Shown: piece by piece, positions 49,513 through 61,931 of the stretch
Layout: each line of letters starts with the position of its first letter
Numbering within the stretch: the first letter of the stretch is position 1
Notes under the pieces: generated by a model
What the model saw: only the letters and a program-made list of their open reading frames with translations
What the model was told of the DNA's origin: nothing
The model's database searches: none
NCBI GenBank assembly: GCA_030390025.1
Contig: CM059447.1
Coordinates: forward strand, 11,594,001 to 11,658,000
DNA length: 64,000 nucleotides
Source: Squalus acanthias
Lineage: Eukaryota
Direction: 5' to 3'
Position numbers and translations under genes: made by a program

Positions 49513-52500
49513 GCTGTCTCTACAATGTTTTGGGTGAATGTTGTATTCATAAGGGTAGCAGGTCGTCACTGGGGGAGTAGAATATTTTCTATTTTTAGCT
49601 CCCAGTGAAAGCATTCATCGCTCCCAGATCTGGCAAAGCATGGGTTAGATTATTGTAATGTGGCTTCTGCAGTGCCCCAACCATGTGCCTTAAGTTCAAT
49701 AGCAAAAGTGCACCTGCTATAATAGTGTGACATTTCCATTTTCCACACCAGGCTGCCTGTGTCCCAGAGATAATGGTAGTGACATTAACCACCCAGTCTC
49801 AAAAATAATATTTCTAATTCTCATAGTTACTGTTATGAATTAGTCATAGAGTAGTCTAAAATAGTACTAACATTGATATTATAAGATTTTGGAGCATTTA
49901 TTTGTCTGATGGAAATAGTGAATGACAATAGTCTACAAAAGATGCAATGTCAAGCAAGTGTAAATAATACAGAAGCGTTGCTAACCAATTCCAGAGCTGT
50001 TAACGTTAAGGAAACCATGAAAATCACATTTATAATTAGCAACAGTGACACAGATTACAACTCCCTTTCAACATACGAAGCTGTGCTTGTTTTAAGACGT
50101 TATTTTCTTTTAAAATCAAATAGTATAGCTGCCATTCCTAAAGACTGGCACTTGCCAGTCTGCTGTACCTTCAACACCAACACTTTTACTCCCTGGCCTC
50201 ATGTCTTTGCTTATTAATCGTTAATTGATTGACGATTCAATAATGGGGCTAAACCATAAGTACATTAAGTATGCATTAATATTATAAACAGTGGAAGCCT
50301 AGAAAACATGCATTATTAAGAAGGCAGCATGTTTATTTTTCTTCAAACTCCTTTTACCTTTCTCTTGTCTGTTTTATTGCCCGGCCTTTGGCTCCAACAA
50401 TGATTCCCACCTTTGCACCCCACCGTCACATGGGTGTCGTCGCGGGGCTGACCTGCAGACGGCGCATGCGCAACCTCACCTCTTGCCCTCTTCCACCTCC
50501 CAAAATAAGTTGCCCAGTAAACAAAGCAACATCTGGAATAAAATCATGACACCCTGACAACGGTACAACAAAATATCACAGATCACTACGCGGCAGGCAT
50601 ACCAATCCTATTTCGTTTCACTTCTGCTGCTGTTCCTAATAATTGATTATTTTCTTTTACACGGACCCACTCTTTTAATTACCCAACTGAAGACCTTGCA
50701 ATTTCACTTTTTTTTTTCGACTTGTTACTCTTTTTGGCGGAGTTTCTGGTCTATTTCGAAACATTCTGGCGTGACTGATTATTCCAATGCAACCCAAAAT
50801 GATAACGCTCTGAAAAATCTGACCGATTGTACCGAATCAATTGTTCAACACTTTTCAAATGCACGATTTTTCGTCTCGCTCAGAACGCTTGTGAGCAGAG
50901 TTCAGACTTTAGCAAGATTGCTACATTGGGAGGAAGAGATGGGGCAGCTAATTGTCTCTGGCACTTCTCAGTTTGTGTGCGTGCAATGTGGAGCGGAAAA
51001 TTTGCCTAAAAAAGAAATAGGTTCCAGTATTCCAACTAAACCTCACGATGTGCATAGCTGCAGAGTGATCCGAAATTTACAAGCGGTGTTGTGCATGTTT
51101 GCCTCTACTGGGTTTCTTTTTTGATTTGCTCGTCACTTACAAGTTTCTAACTTGCTTCTCGTACGCCACAGATTATTTTCAGGATGCCCCTCGTGCATTC
51201 AGGAGAAGTAAAATGAAACAACAGATATCAAAGTAAAATGAATTTATGTTATTGTCAGGGGAGCGTCATCTTGCCCTGGCGTGCCCTTTGCTTCTACAAT
51301 GTTTGTCGTGGCTTCGAGATTGTCCGCGCCTTTGCTGTGGGCCACTGAACTTCACTTTCCAATAATGTATTTCGCGATAAATTCAAGAGAAAACACAGCC
51401 CATAAAACGGTAACATTTGTAAACGAAGAGCAAAATACATCCAGTGTACAATTCGGTGAATGCTGAATTCAAAAAATTGGACCATTCTTTGCAAACACAT
51501 GGAATATGAAAAACTTTAAACGCGAGTGTTACAATACGTTATAAAATAACCTCCCACGTGGTTCGGAGAATTATTTTTTTAAACGGTGAGGACTTTGAAC
51601 CAGAAGCTCGACCTGAGTGACTGAGAGGACGCACAACTGAGCAGGGAGGAAGAGGGAACCACTCTTTTAATTGCACCTTCATTAATGGGGCAACAAATGG
51701 AGATTATGAATCGCAGCGAATATATAAATAAACTTGCGGCTCAGGGGGCACCGAGATAATAACGAAAATGGTTTGTATGTATTTTGAAAAGTCCCTGTTT
51801 CGTTTTAAGCTGGTGTTGGCATATAGTATTTCAGGTTCATTTCAGCAGGAGCGCTGACATAACGTAAATAAACAAATGTTACAAGCAGCAGAAGACAAAA
51901 ATTCCCCCTGCAAAACACAGGACGCGTGCTTTGAAATGGATTTGGCCAGCGACATCTGAAAACGATTACAATTTAGAAGCCTCCAATTAGCTCAGGTGCC
52001 CGCAACCACACGCGCTGCCCGTATTACACCCAGGAATTATATTTCCACAACTTTAGAAAACAAAATAAATAGGCTGACTACATAACAGATTTGTGGTAAC
52101 TTGGCGAAAACGGGACTCACAGGGCGAATGCGTGCTTTTATAAAACCCGAATAAAATGTTAACAGTATTTTTAAAATCGCTGATTAATGCAATACTGTCC
52201 ATGTGTTCGAAATTGGAATCCGTATTATTGTTATTTTCTTCTATGTTGCTTTGAAATGTCCTTGTTTTATCTGGTTACCACGACTTGTGTTACGAGGGGA
52301 GACTCGTATCATCGCCCAGCTGACAGGTAGTCCATATGTCGCCAGTGTCTCTGTGAAATGCCGCATTCCACATTGCTCCCAGTCCCCTGGTTTACGGTCG
52401 CACTAAAATCACTGTAACAAGCAGAAATGTTCAGAGCAAATCACATCACCATTCCGAGAGATTTGTGGACAAGACTCAGCAATAAAATTCATTCGACATG

Positions 52501-53127
52501 GAGCACCAGAAATTGTAACGAGAGCCTATTCTTCCTGAACAGTAAAGAATTGCTTCGTGCGTTATTCTAGGATTATAAAGTAGGGATAGAAATGACAAGT
52601 ATAACAAAAATAATACCGTTCGCGCTTTGATTTTTCTGCACATTTCTTCCTTGTGTATAATTCTACTGCACGACAGGCGGAAGTGTAATCCTGGGGTAAA
52701 ATATCAAATACTGTACCTATTTACCTCTGCGGCTCGTCCTGGTTAATACTGCATCTTCAAACACACGCTAAAAAGCAGATAAGACACGGGACGGGCATGG
52801 GTCAGGATCTTTATTGTAATCCTGCACAGCCACAGTAGTTCAATACTCAGGTGCAGATAAACACCAGAGCAGTATTTTACCCCAATAAACACCTTTTTAA
52901 CCAGTGTTATTTCTGTGTAACGTGTTGCATGGTGTGAATTAGAATTAGTTCAGAAATCGGTTTAATTTGAGTTGCTTTCCCAAACCACGAATTTTCTCGA
53001 CCTTAATCTCTATAGAGTTTCTCTCTCTCTCTCTCTGACCTTTGGACTGAATGTTAAGCTGAAACCTAGTTTCTGTTCGGTTCTCTCTCAGTTTAATACG
53101 ATATCACTGATTGAAACCTACCTAATA

Positions 53128-53143
53128 ACAATGCTCCCATTGT
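53128..53143. promoter_or_regulatory. Perfect SoxE dimer palindrome ACAATG-N4-CATTGT (candidate autoregulatory site)
   Basis: Sequence ACAATG CTCC CATTGT, about 6.1 kb upstream of the SOX9 ATG, in non-repetitive DNA. Confidence 0.5.
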
Positions 53144-56100
53144 AAGAGTGTTAACAGTGACTGGACAATTTTCAGAGTCTACAAGGTGATACTGCCACGC
53201 CGTTTAAGGTGGCTCTGTGTCCAAGTTTCTTTTTTTTTAAACTCTTCCCTAACAGTGAAGCCAATATTTCTCACACAAGGCAGGAAACTCCTGAACTTGC
53301 TTAAAATGCATTGTATGGCATGCAATCGTTAACATAAAGTAGAACTGCTTTTTTGAAATGTCTGGACTAAGTTTTATCTTGTTGAGAAAGTACAGCCAAA
53401 TTAAATAAAACGCCAACATTTAACCTTGTCCGGTTAGTAATTATATAATTTGTTATATTTAAAATGGACATTCTGAAAGCGTGGGTGATGTAACCGCCAC
53501 ACGGAAAGAAAAATGTGGAGACTGGACCAGGCAAAAATCTTCCAGTATATATGCAACTTTTCACACAGTAAATGTAATAAGATCAACTCAATCTGGGCTG
53601 AGCAGCAGCTAGATTTGAAAAGGAGTCGAACAAAACAATAATAAGGATGAACTAGGGATAAAGTTGTTCTGTGAGCAAAGGGTCTTATCTGAGGTGTTCT
53701 AAACAGAAATCAGCTGGATCGGTGCACAACACTTTAAAGATCTCTTTTGACTACCTTAAAAAGAAATCCTGCACTCACTATCAAAGTAGACCGAATCAAA
53801 GTGGGGAGATTTTTTTTTCTCTGACGTAAATGTTGCACAGTTTACGGCTCTGCCTATTACATCAAAGCACATGTCAAATGTTTGTGTTGTGTCTGACTCA
53901 TAAAACATATACAAGCTCTTCAAAGCTCCCGACGGTTTTAAAGACAAATAGGCTTGCTGTCAAAGATGCCCTGTCACTCGTTCAACTCCCCGGGCATGCG
54001 CAAGAAGGGGCTCAGCCTCTGGCACTGAACACGATGAAACTGGATGTCGGTTTACTGTTTCCTCTGCCTCGCATTTCCTATGTGTTAACGGCACCAATCA
54101 CGTTTAATTTTTTGACAATTTGTGAAGACCTATGCCGTTTTAATATTAACTCCTGTCAACCTTTGCTGCATTCATATTCCACGAATCTGACTCGACCCTG
54201 GAAGTCCAAAGTTCTTGATCTTGGCCTATTGGTCATGAAATGAAAAAACGAAAATCATTTCCATAAATGACGTTAGCTGTGTACCTTGCCATTCACGATG
54301 TTCCTCCCATTGCTTTCCACTCTATTACATTGTTGTAAACTCCTTCACTGTGTGTCTCCCAGACGTTTGCACTTTCTGCCCTGCAAAAATCGCACTTAAT
54401 TGTACAGTAAATGTTGAAATATCTCAGTCTCGTTCTTGGGGAGCTAAACAGTGTGGATTACGTTGTGTGAATCTTAACCTCAGGTAGCAATCTCCAAGCA
54501 ACCGCACAATCATACGAAGGACAGAATCATTCTGGCAACACACAGTGTATTTTCCCAGGGACTTAAAATCACCGTCCTTTGTGCAAAGTTGGTGTTAAAT
54601 GTTATTTTCTGTCAATTTAATACTAAATGCATTTATTTCGTTGATGCTAAATAATAATAGAATGACTGGGAATCGCTAATTATCTGTATGTATCTGTAGG
54701 CGTGTTTCTTGAAATATAGCATGATAAAAACCTCCGTTATCTTTCGAGTTTTTATTAGTCTATTACTCAGCACTGTCCTCTCAGGTTGACACCGAGGAGG
54801 GTGATGAATGTGTGTATTTCCAGCGTGCGGTTGTCACTTTTTACACAAATGAGTATCAACTCGAGAATGTTCAGGATTGATATGATTATTGCCCCCATCC
54901 ATCCAGACACGATTTGATTGATGGTGATTTTGCAAAATTGACAATATCCGTAAAAGGGGCACCACAGGTTTGGGGCTAGTGTAACCCTATTGATCTTACC
55001 TCAAAAAACATGTGCCGGACATGGATAACAAAACTGCAACTGGGAAGAGATTTATTGCGAACGCCTGTACATATAAATGAGGCTGTTTTGAAAATATTCC
55101 CTGAATCCGTATTTCTAAAATTTGACAGGATTATAAAATGTGAAAAATTCTGTCTCGAACAAATTTAGGCAGAAGCAATATAAAGGTAGCAAAGGTGAAA
55201 CAGAGTATTGTAATTGCAATAATGAAAATACTACTCACCGAGTTAGGGCTTTGTGGTCAAGTTAATTTTAGATAAGCATCGTTGTGATCTTTAGCCCATA
55301 TCGTCTTACTTTATTTTTAATTAACCCCTTAAAAGTAAACCATTCTGTGACATGGTAAAGTAATAAAGGGTCCCCCCCCCCCACTTAAAATATTGTATCT
55401 GTGGTTATTTTATAAGTTATCAGAAAAAGCTAGTTGAGTTCATTCCAGCACATGCAAGATTGGTCAGGCGAACCAACAGTTGCATTTAACCAGACTTGCA
55501 GGAGACAAAACGGAGAACTGACTTAATATGCAAGGACCATAATTGCTTTCTGTTAAGCAGCTTGCATCTATCAGAACATTGTTTGTATCGCAGCTTTATT
55601 TAATGTTATCTTTATACTATTTAGTCGCGTGTTTCAAAATGCAATGATGTACTTTAAATGTTGGTTATGTTTATATTTGAAAACGGTGCCAGTAAAAACA
55701 AAATAAATTCTGCGGTTTGTTGCATCCTTAGACGCTTGCCGATACTTTATCAGTGCTAAAATAATTCTTTCTTTGAACAGATATTTCGGGTGGTTGGACG
55801 TGAACTTTGAGATTTAACGAACTATTAAAAACTAATGCATTACAAGTGACATCGGAGTACTGCATTTCAGTGATATGAAATTTAATTATAATTTCGCAAG
55901 CAAAATATGGAAATCCAGAGCGATTACGTGTTGTTGGGTTTAGTCACTTAGATGCAGAGTGACAAGGTACATTATAATGCTGTACTTGGAATATAAATTC
56001 ACCTTTCATTTCTTGCTGGGGAAATTGCAAGATTCGCGACCCCTTTCTTCTGCATTTATTTAAATGTTTTTTTTTTCTCCTAAGTCAAACTAAATGCTGG

Positions 56101-58974
56101 CTGTGGAGACAAAATAAAATGCGGATCTTTTCTTGGAAATGTCATTAATGTTGGGCTTTTTTCGAAAAAAAAAGGCAGATACTCAACAAAAAGACCCCGC
56201 ACCGAAAAAAAATAGAAGTGTGCTCACTTTTTGTTAAAACAGTCCAGCAAACGAGTGAAGCATATCTCGGAGGTCGTTAATTCCTCGTGTTGTGATTCCT
56301 CTATCGGTCAATGGTTGACACAGTTACACTCTCGCCTTCCTCACACTTCCTACAAGGATGAGTTGAGAAAACTTGCTGAAGTTTTTGGGAACGTGGCGCC
56401 ACCTCTGGTTACAATAAAGTATTGCACCCCAAAAGTTCTGGATTCACGAGTTTGTTTACAAGCCGTTATCTCGAACAAAGATAAACAACAGTCATTAATG
56501 AGATAATTAAGGCGATTTTTCACGGTCGGTATATTTAAGGGGAGGCACTCGCCAATTCCACAAACTCGTGCCGGCAAGACGATCGTTCGTAAGCATAAAG
56601 CCATAAAATGAGTCACAATAAGTTTTATTATGTATATTTCCCGTATCGTTCAAAATAAACCTCATGCAATACAATTATTTGTGTGAAGTTCCACCGTTGC
56701 AAAACGGATCTTATCGGAACGAAATTAAATTAATATTGCAACTTTCTTTATTTCCTTGAAGGCGAATTTGGGAGGTGTTATTCGAATATATTTTTGACAT
56801 CGGTCAGAGGACACTGGAGTGCCTTTTTGTCAGCGTTTGCTGCCCTTTCACACTTATCCAAAAATGGATTTAAACAGATCTCAATTCGAAAATAAGAGCG
56901 ATGCGAAGAGGTTTAGGAGCTCGATGATTTAAAAAAAATTAAACTCGTGACAAGAACTTCCGAGAAATAAATAAAGTGCGCCGGCTGTATTTCTGGAATG
57001 GTTTAACTATTCTTATTACGAAAAGCAAAAATACAATTGTTGCCGAGAAGGCGTTCAGTCACAACATCCAAAAGACCCATTAAAGTCATTATTAACGTGT
57101 CCTGAATATTAACAACTCTCATTAAAGTGACTAATTTACTTAGCTCCGTGAAAACTGCAATTAAAATCCCAAAGAATAGTGTTCAAGCAGACATGTTAAT
57201 CAGGATTTAGTGTTCCTGTCTGCAATAGCTATATATTTGGCCAAAAACATACCTCCATATGTTTTATCAAGGGTGGACTGAATGCGAATACAATGTAATT
57301 ATTACGAGGAGAAGGTTATGCCAATACTGACTGGGAGTGTTCTTATCTGCAGTTATTACTAATTGCAATTTACAGAAAATTGCATTAAGATTCGCGTTTC
57401 ATCTGAAACCAAAAATATATGGGGGGGGGGGGGAGGCGGCAGAATCCTACTGCAGCTCCGCATCACACCGAGGGCAAACACTCGCAAAGAAAGCTTGGAT
57501 TATTTTCCACATTAAACCCCCACGGAAGGATTCCCCAAATCCAACAGTATTTGGATTCATCACAAGACAAATATGCACCCATCGCCTCACCAGCACAACT
57601 TCCCAGGTCATTGCTTTCTGCAAAGCGCCGCCAGCTTCCCCACTGAAGATAACTCGCTCACTATGTTACTTAGGGCCTTACAAATATTTATTTACCACAT
57701 CAGTTTTTTTAAAAAATATTTGTTGGAAGTAACTTTTTTTGGTTACCAAAGTTCGGAGAGCGCACAATTAGATTGCTTCAGGCTGTTGCATCAGCACCGT
57801 CTCTGGCACTTTGTAACAAAACGTGTGGATCAGACATTTTAACAGGATTCAGATACAATACGAGAAGTAACTCATTGGGGAGGGTGAGGACCGGGCCATT
57901 TTTTGAACAAATCCGCACATGCCACTAAAGGACACAAACTGCGCCTCTGTGTTCAGCACTGACACACATACATGTTAATGAAACACACAGCCAGCTCGGA
58001 ACTTTCATACAGTATCAAGTGGGCGCGCTAATAAAGGATGCTGTCATTCCCAAGGTGCAATAATGGCATAATATAACAGTATCCAGACATCAAGTATTTA
58101 CTGATTTTTATCTTTGCTTTGCTGCTGACATTTTAAATCTGCTCGATTGTGCATTTGATTTATATATAATTAAATTCTTAATTAAAGTTCGGCCATGGTT
58201 ATTGAGTTTTGATTTCTCCGTACTGAAAGATGCCCATCAGAGGTTTATTAAGTCGGAATATGGCGATCCGGGTCTTGCTGACCCTGTCCTCCTCACAGGA
58301 TTATCACGCTGTTGCTCAGACCACCAAAATTCAATGCAGGAGCGGAGCGGCGCACCGTGTAAATACTGCACACCTTTATCTCTGGCATTTCATTATCCGG
58401 CCCCGATGAATTTTGCATGCACCTTCCCTGCAGTGCCAACTAATCCCGAAGACTGCATAACAAGCAGGGACATCACCTGATTTATAGTGACTGGAGGAAT
58501 TTGATTAGATCGAGCCGAATGGCATTCTCGCAGTGAGAATGAAGTCTACACTTGGCATCGCCAAACGGGCGAAACTCTAAAATCGCAAAAAAAAAACCTG
58601 TTTAAACGGCAGCTGGGAAAAAAAAACAAAGCCACATTCAAGAGGGAAAGTGTTTCAAAAACAGCAGCGCAAACTTTCTCAAATAAACTGCAATAACTTC
58701 ACCCTCCCGACTTTCAGAGAACAATACGCTCAACTATTTCCTGTTTACAAAATAACGCGGCTTCCAAATGAAACACGCGCCATGTGCAGACACAGACACA
58801 CACACACATATACATATATAACAACACAGTAAAAGCATAAGGAGACTGCTGCTAAAGCTACCGGTATCTGTCGCTTTATCTAATTACATCAGTTCAAGTC
58901 AAGAAAAAAATTGGAGCTCAAATTTGATCAATCTTCGGTTTCTCAGCTGAGCCGAGATTTTTTCCTGGACTCCT

Positions 58975-59080
58975 CCCATAACCCGCCCCTTAAACTTTGA
59001 ACCAATTGCACAGATGGAAACCAGTAGGCGGTTTATTCCGATTGGTGCCTGCAAGTTTATGCCCCTCTATTTAGCAAGTC
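58975..59080 (+). promoter_or_regulatory. SOX9 proximal promoter: GC box, two CCAAT boxes, TATA-like element
   Basis: CCCGCCCC 58982-58989, CCAAT 59002-59006, inverted CCAAT (ATTGG) 59041-59045, TATTTA 59068-59073, about 190 nt before the ATG. Same element types as in the characterised mammalian SOX9 promoter. TSS not determined. Confidence 0.7.
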
Positions 59081-59165
59081 AAATATACTCAGCAGACAGC
59101 CCGAGTTCCAGCAACAGAGCCACTTGGTTACAACTCCGAGCGGATTGGAAAGTTTCTCCGCAGAC

Positions 59166-59183
59166 AGAGAGAGAGAGAGAGAG
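59166..59183 (+). repeat. (AG)n microsatellite in the putative SOX9 5'UTR
   Basis: Direct reading. Similar (CT)n tracts at ~24033, ~41061, ~53020 and ~60329. Confidence 0.9.
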
Positions 59184-59260
59184 AACAAATTAAGCAAGTT
59201 CTCCACTACTACCATTTTATTTCCTTCCAGTTGCCTAGTGCAGTCGCCTCTTCTTTTTGC

Positions 59261-59697
59261 ATGAATCTCCTCAATCCCTTCCTGAAAATGACAGAAGAAC
59301 ACGAAAAGACGCTCTCCGACGTGCCCAGCCCCACCATGTCGGAGGAATCGGCCGATTCCCCGTGCGGATCTGGGGCTGGCTCCGACGCCGAGAACACCAA
59401 GCCCGGCGAGAACGGCCAGGACGATCTGTGCGCCCAGAGCCTGGATTCCAAGAAAGAGGACGACGACAAGTTCCCGGCGTGTATCCGGGAGGCGGTGACC
59501 CAGGTGCTGAAAGGATACGACTGGACCCTGGTGCCCATGCCCGTCCGTGTTAATGGCTCGTCCAAGAACAAACCTCATGTCAAAAGACCCATGAACGCCT
59601 TCATGGTCTGGGCTCAGGCAGCACGCCGAAAGCTGGCTGATCAATATCCCCATCTGCACAACGCAGAACTCAGCAAAACCCTGGGCAAACTGTGGAG
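59261..59697 (+). CDS. SOX9: SOX9 coding exon 1
   Basis: ATG at 59261; ends ...CTG TGG AG|GTGAGT (donor 59698), splitting the HMG box at the canonical SoxE position. Confidence 0.97.
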
Positions 59698-61931
59698 GTG
59701 AGTGGCCCTGACTTTGCACATTTCATCTCAATCAAGTTTTAGCGAATGGTAGATTGTTGAAGGTGGCAGTTCGGTGCACGGTAATTTTTATGCTCGTTTT
59801 GCATCTGTTCCAAAAAACCAATCTCCCCAGCCTGTTTCTAAATAATATGCATGAATTATTTCATGTACAACACATGGGATTTGTTTTTATTTAGAATGAA
59901 TGGCTTGATCTTTGATCGATGCAGTAAAGCACTCAGATAAAAGGCATTCCTCCTGGATTGAAACAGTATCTTGCGCGCTGAGTTGTATCTGAAGTAGTTT
60001 GGATGTAGAGGGACTTTTTTTTTTGCACATCTTACCGTGGAAACAAACACGCGTGGAAATGAATGCATTTGAGTAAAAGAGTCGTACGTCAAACGATTAA
60101 GAGTTAGCTTGCAGAATGCAACAAAACCAATCCTCTCATTGAGGCCAGGAAAGATTTAGAGAGTGCAAAACTTCACCGCAGACGGTGCTTTGCATGGATT
60201 GGTGCTGGGGGCGAGCTGTGCAGAAATGAAAGGGTTCAGGCGCGTTTTATTCCTGGTGAAAGTTGGTGCCTGTCTGCTCAGGGGAGGGTTGGACGTCAGA
60301 ACGAGTTTGGTTGGTTTAAGAGAGATTTTCTCTCTCTCTCTCTCTCTTGAGTTGAGTCTCAGTTGAACCTGTCTTGGCCGCGCGGTAATTGGAAAGGAGA
60401 CTTGTCAACAAAAAAAATCGATCCGATCGAATTCCTTTACAGTTCACTTAGCCCATCTCCAAACCGGCTTTGGCTGAACGTGTCCCGACAGAAACCTGGG
60501 GATCCGCCTGAGCTTACTGGCTCTGAGATAAATGCAACAGTTTAAAAAGAGAGGAGGAAAAAAAAAGTTTTTGGAATTATGCATAAACTGATGTCACATA
60601 CATTGTGATTTCCTGCTTTGCAAACGCCCCCATCGTCAACACGGTGCTGAAGCTGGCCGCTATAGATTTTATTATTATTTTTTTGAAATCGGGAGCATTG
60701 TTATTAATATATTTTTTTTGCTTTCCGGGTTGGCTACAGATTGCTCAACGAGGGCGAGAAGCGCCCATTCGTGGAGGAAGCCGAGCGCCTGAGGGTGCAG
60801 CACAAGAAGGATCACCCCGACTACAAATACCAGCCCAGGCGGAGGAAGTCGGTGAAGAACGGGCAGGGCGAGAGCGAGGAGGGAGCCGACCAGACTCACA
60901 TCACCCCCAACGCGCTCTTCAAAGCCCTGCAGGCGGACTCCCCGCACTCCGCCTCCAGCATGAGCGATGTGCATTCTCCCGGAGAACACTCAGGTAAAGG
61001 GCAGAGACGTGGAAATAGTGATTGAGACTGAGATAACCGGGCAAAAGCTAAATGCATTCTGTCTTGATAAGTTGCGAACTTTTTTTTAAAAAAAAAACAC
61101 ATTGAGAAGTAAGTTGGTTTGGAGATTGGGATATGTTGCACACGTAAGCTGTGGCAGGTCGGAATAATAAACTGACTTCTATTTTTCTGACCCTTAGGGC
61201 AATCTCAAGGACCACCGACGCCTCCCACCACTCCCAAAACAGAAGTCCAGCCTGGTAAACCTGATCTGAAACGTGAAGGTCGCCCCCTGCAGGAAGGAGG
61301 GAGACAGCCTCACATTGATTTCAGCAATGTGGACATTGGAGAACTCAGCAGCGAGGTCATGTCGAACATGGAGACGTTCGATGTCAACGAGTTTGACCAG
61401 TACCTCCCACCCAATGGGCACCCAGGAGTTCCAGTCACCCACGCCGGCCATGGACAGAGTGCTCAGGCCACCTACACAGGCAGCTACGGGATTAGCAGCA
61501 CTTCGGTCAGCCAGGCAGCCCACCCTTGGTTGTCCAAGCAGCATTCCATGACGAGCCTCACCAGTGAGCCGGGACAGCAGCAGAGGACACACATCAAGAC
61601 AGAGCAGCTGAGCCCCAGCCACTACAACGAGCAGCAGCACTCGCCCCAGCAGATCAACTACGGCTCCTTCAATATGCAACACTACAGTTCATCTTACCCA
61701 TCCATTCCTCGTACCCAGTACGAATATTCAGACCACCAGAATACCAATTCCTATTACAGCCATGCTGCGGGGCAGACCACCGGCCTGTACTCCACCTTCA
61801 CCTACATGAGTCCATCCCAGCGCCCCATGTACACACCCATTGCAGACACCACGGGAGTCCCTTCCATCCCCCAAACCCACAGTCCGCAGCACTGGGAGCA
61901 GCCAGTCTACACACAGCTGACCAGACCTTAA
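59261..61931 (+). CDS. SOX9: SOX9 (SoxE HMG-box transcription factor), 3 exons: join(59261..59697,60740..60993,61198..61931), 474 aa
   Basis: N-terminus [13 protein letters not shown], dimerisation domain [30 protein letters not shown] box [79 protein letters not shown]-terminus [17 protein letters not shown] introns in phase 2 and 1; exons 437+254+734 = 1425 nt, open throughout. The termini distinguish it from SOX8 and SOX10. Confidence 0.98.
60740..60993 (+). CDS. SOX9: SOX9 coding exon 2
   Basis: Acceptor ...GGCTACAG|A TTG CTC AAC; donor CAC TCA G|GTAAAG; 254 nt. Confidence 0.97.
61198..61931 (+). CDS. SOX9: SOX9 coding exon 3
   Basis: Acceptor ...TTTTTCTGACCCTTAG|GG CAA TCT ([14 protein letters not shown]); K2 domain, IKTE motif, PQS transactivation tail; TAA at 61929-61931. 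Confidence 0.97.

Noticed and set aside
59231-59260. N-terminal extension of SOX9 in the ORF track
   Set aside because: Starts at TTG; the conserved SOX9 start is the ATG at 59261.
59057-59719. 220-aa minus-strand ORF (also 60675-60989 and 61194-61682)
   Set aside because: Antisense shadows of the codon-biased SOX9 exons; no independent protein features.
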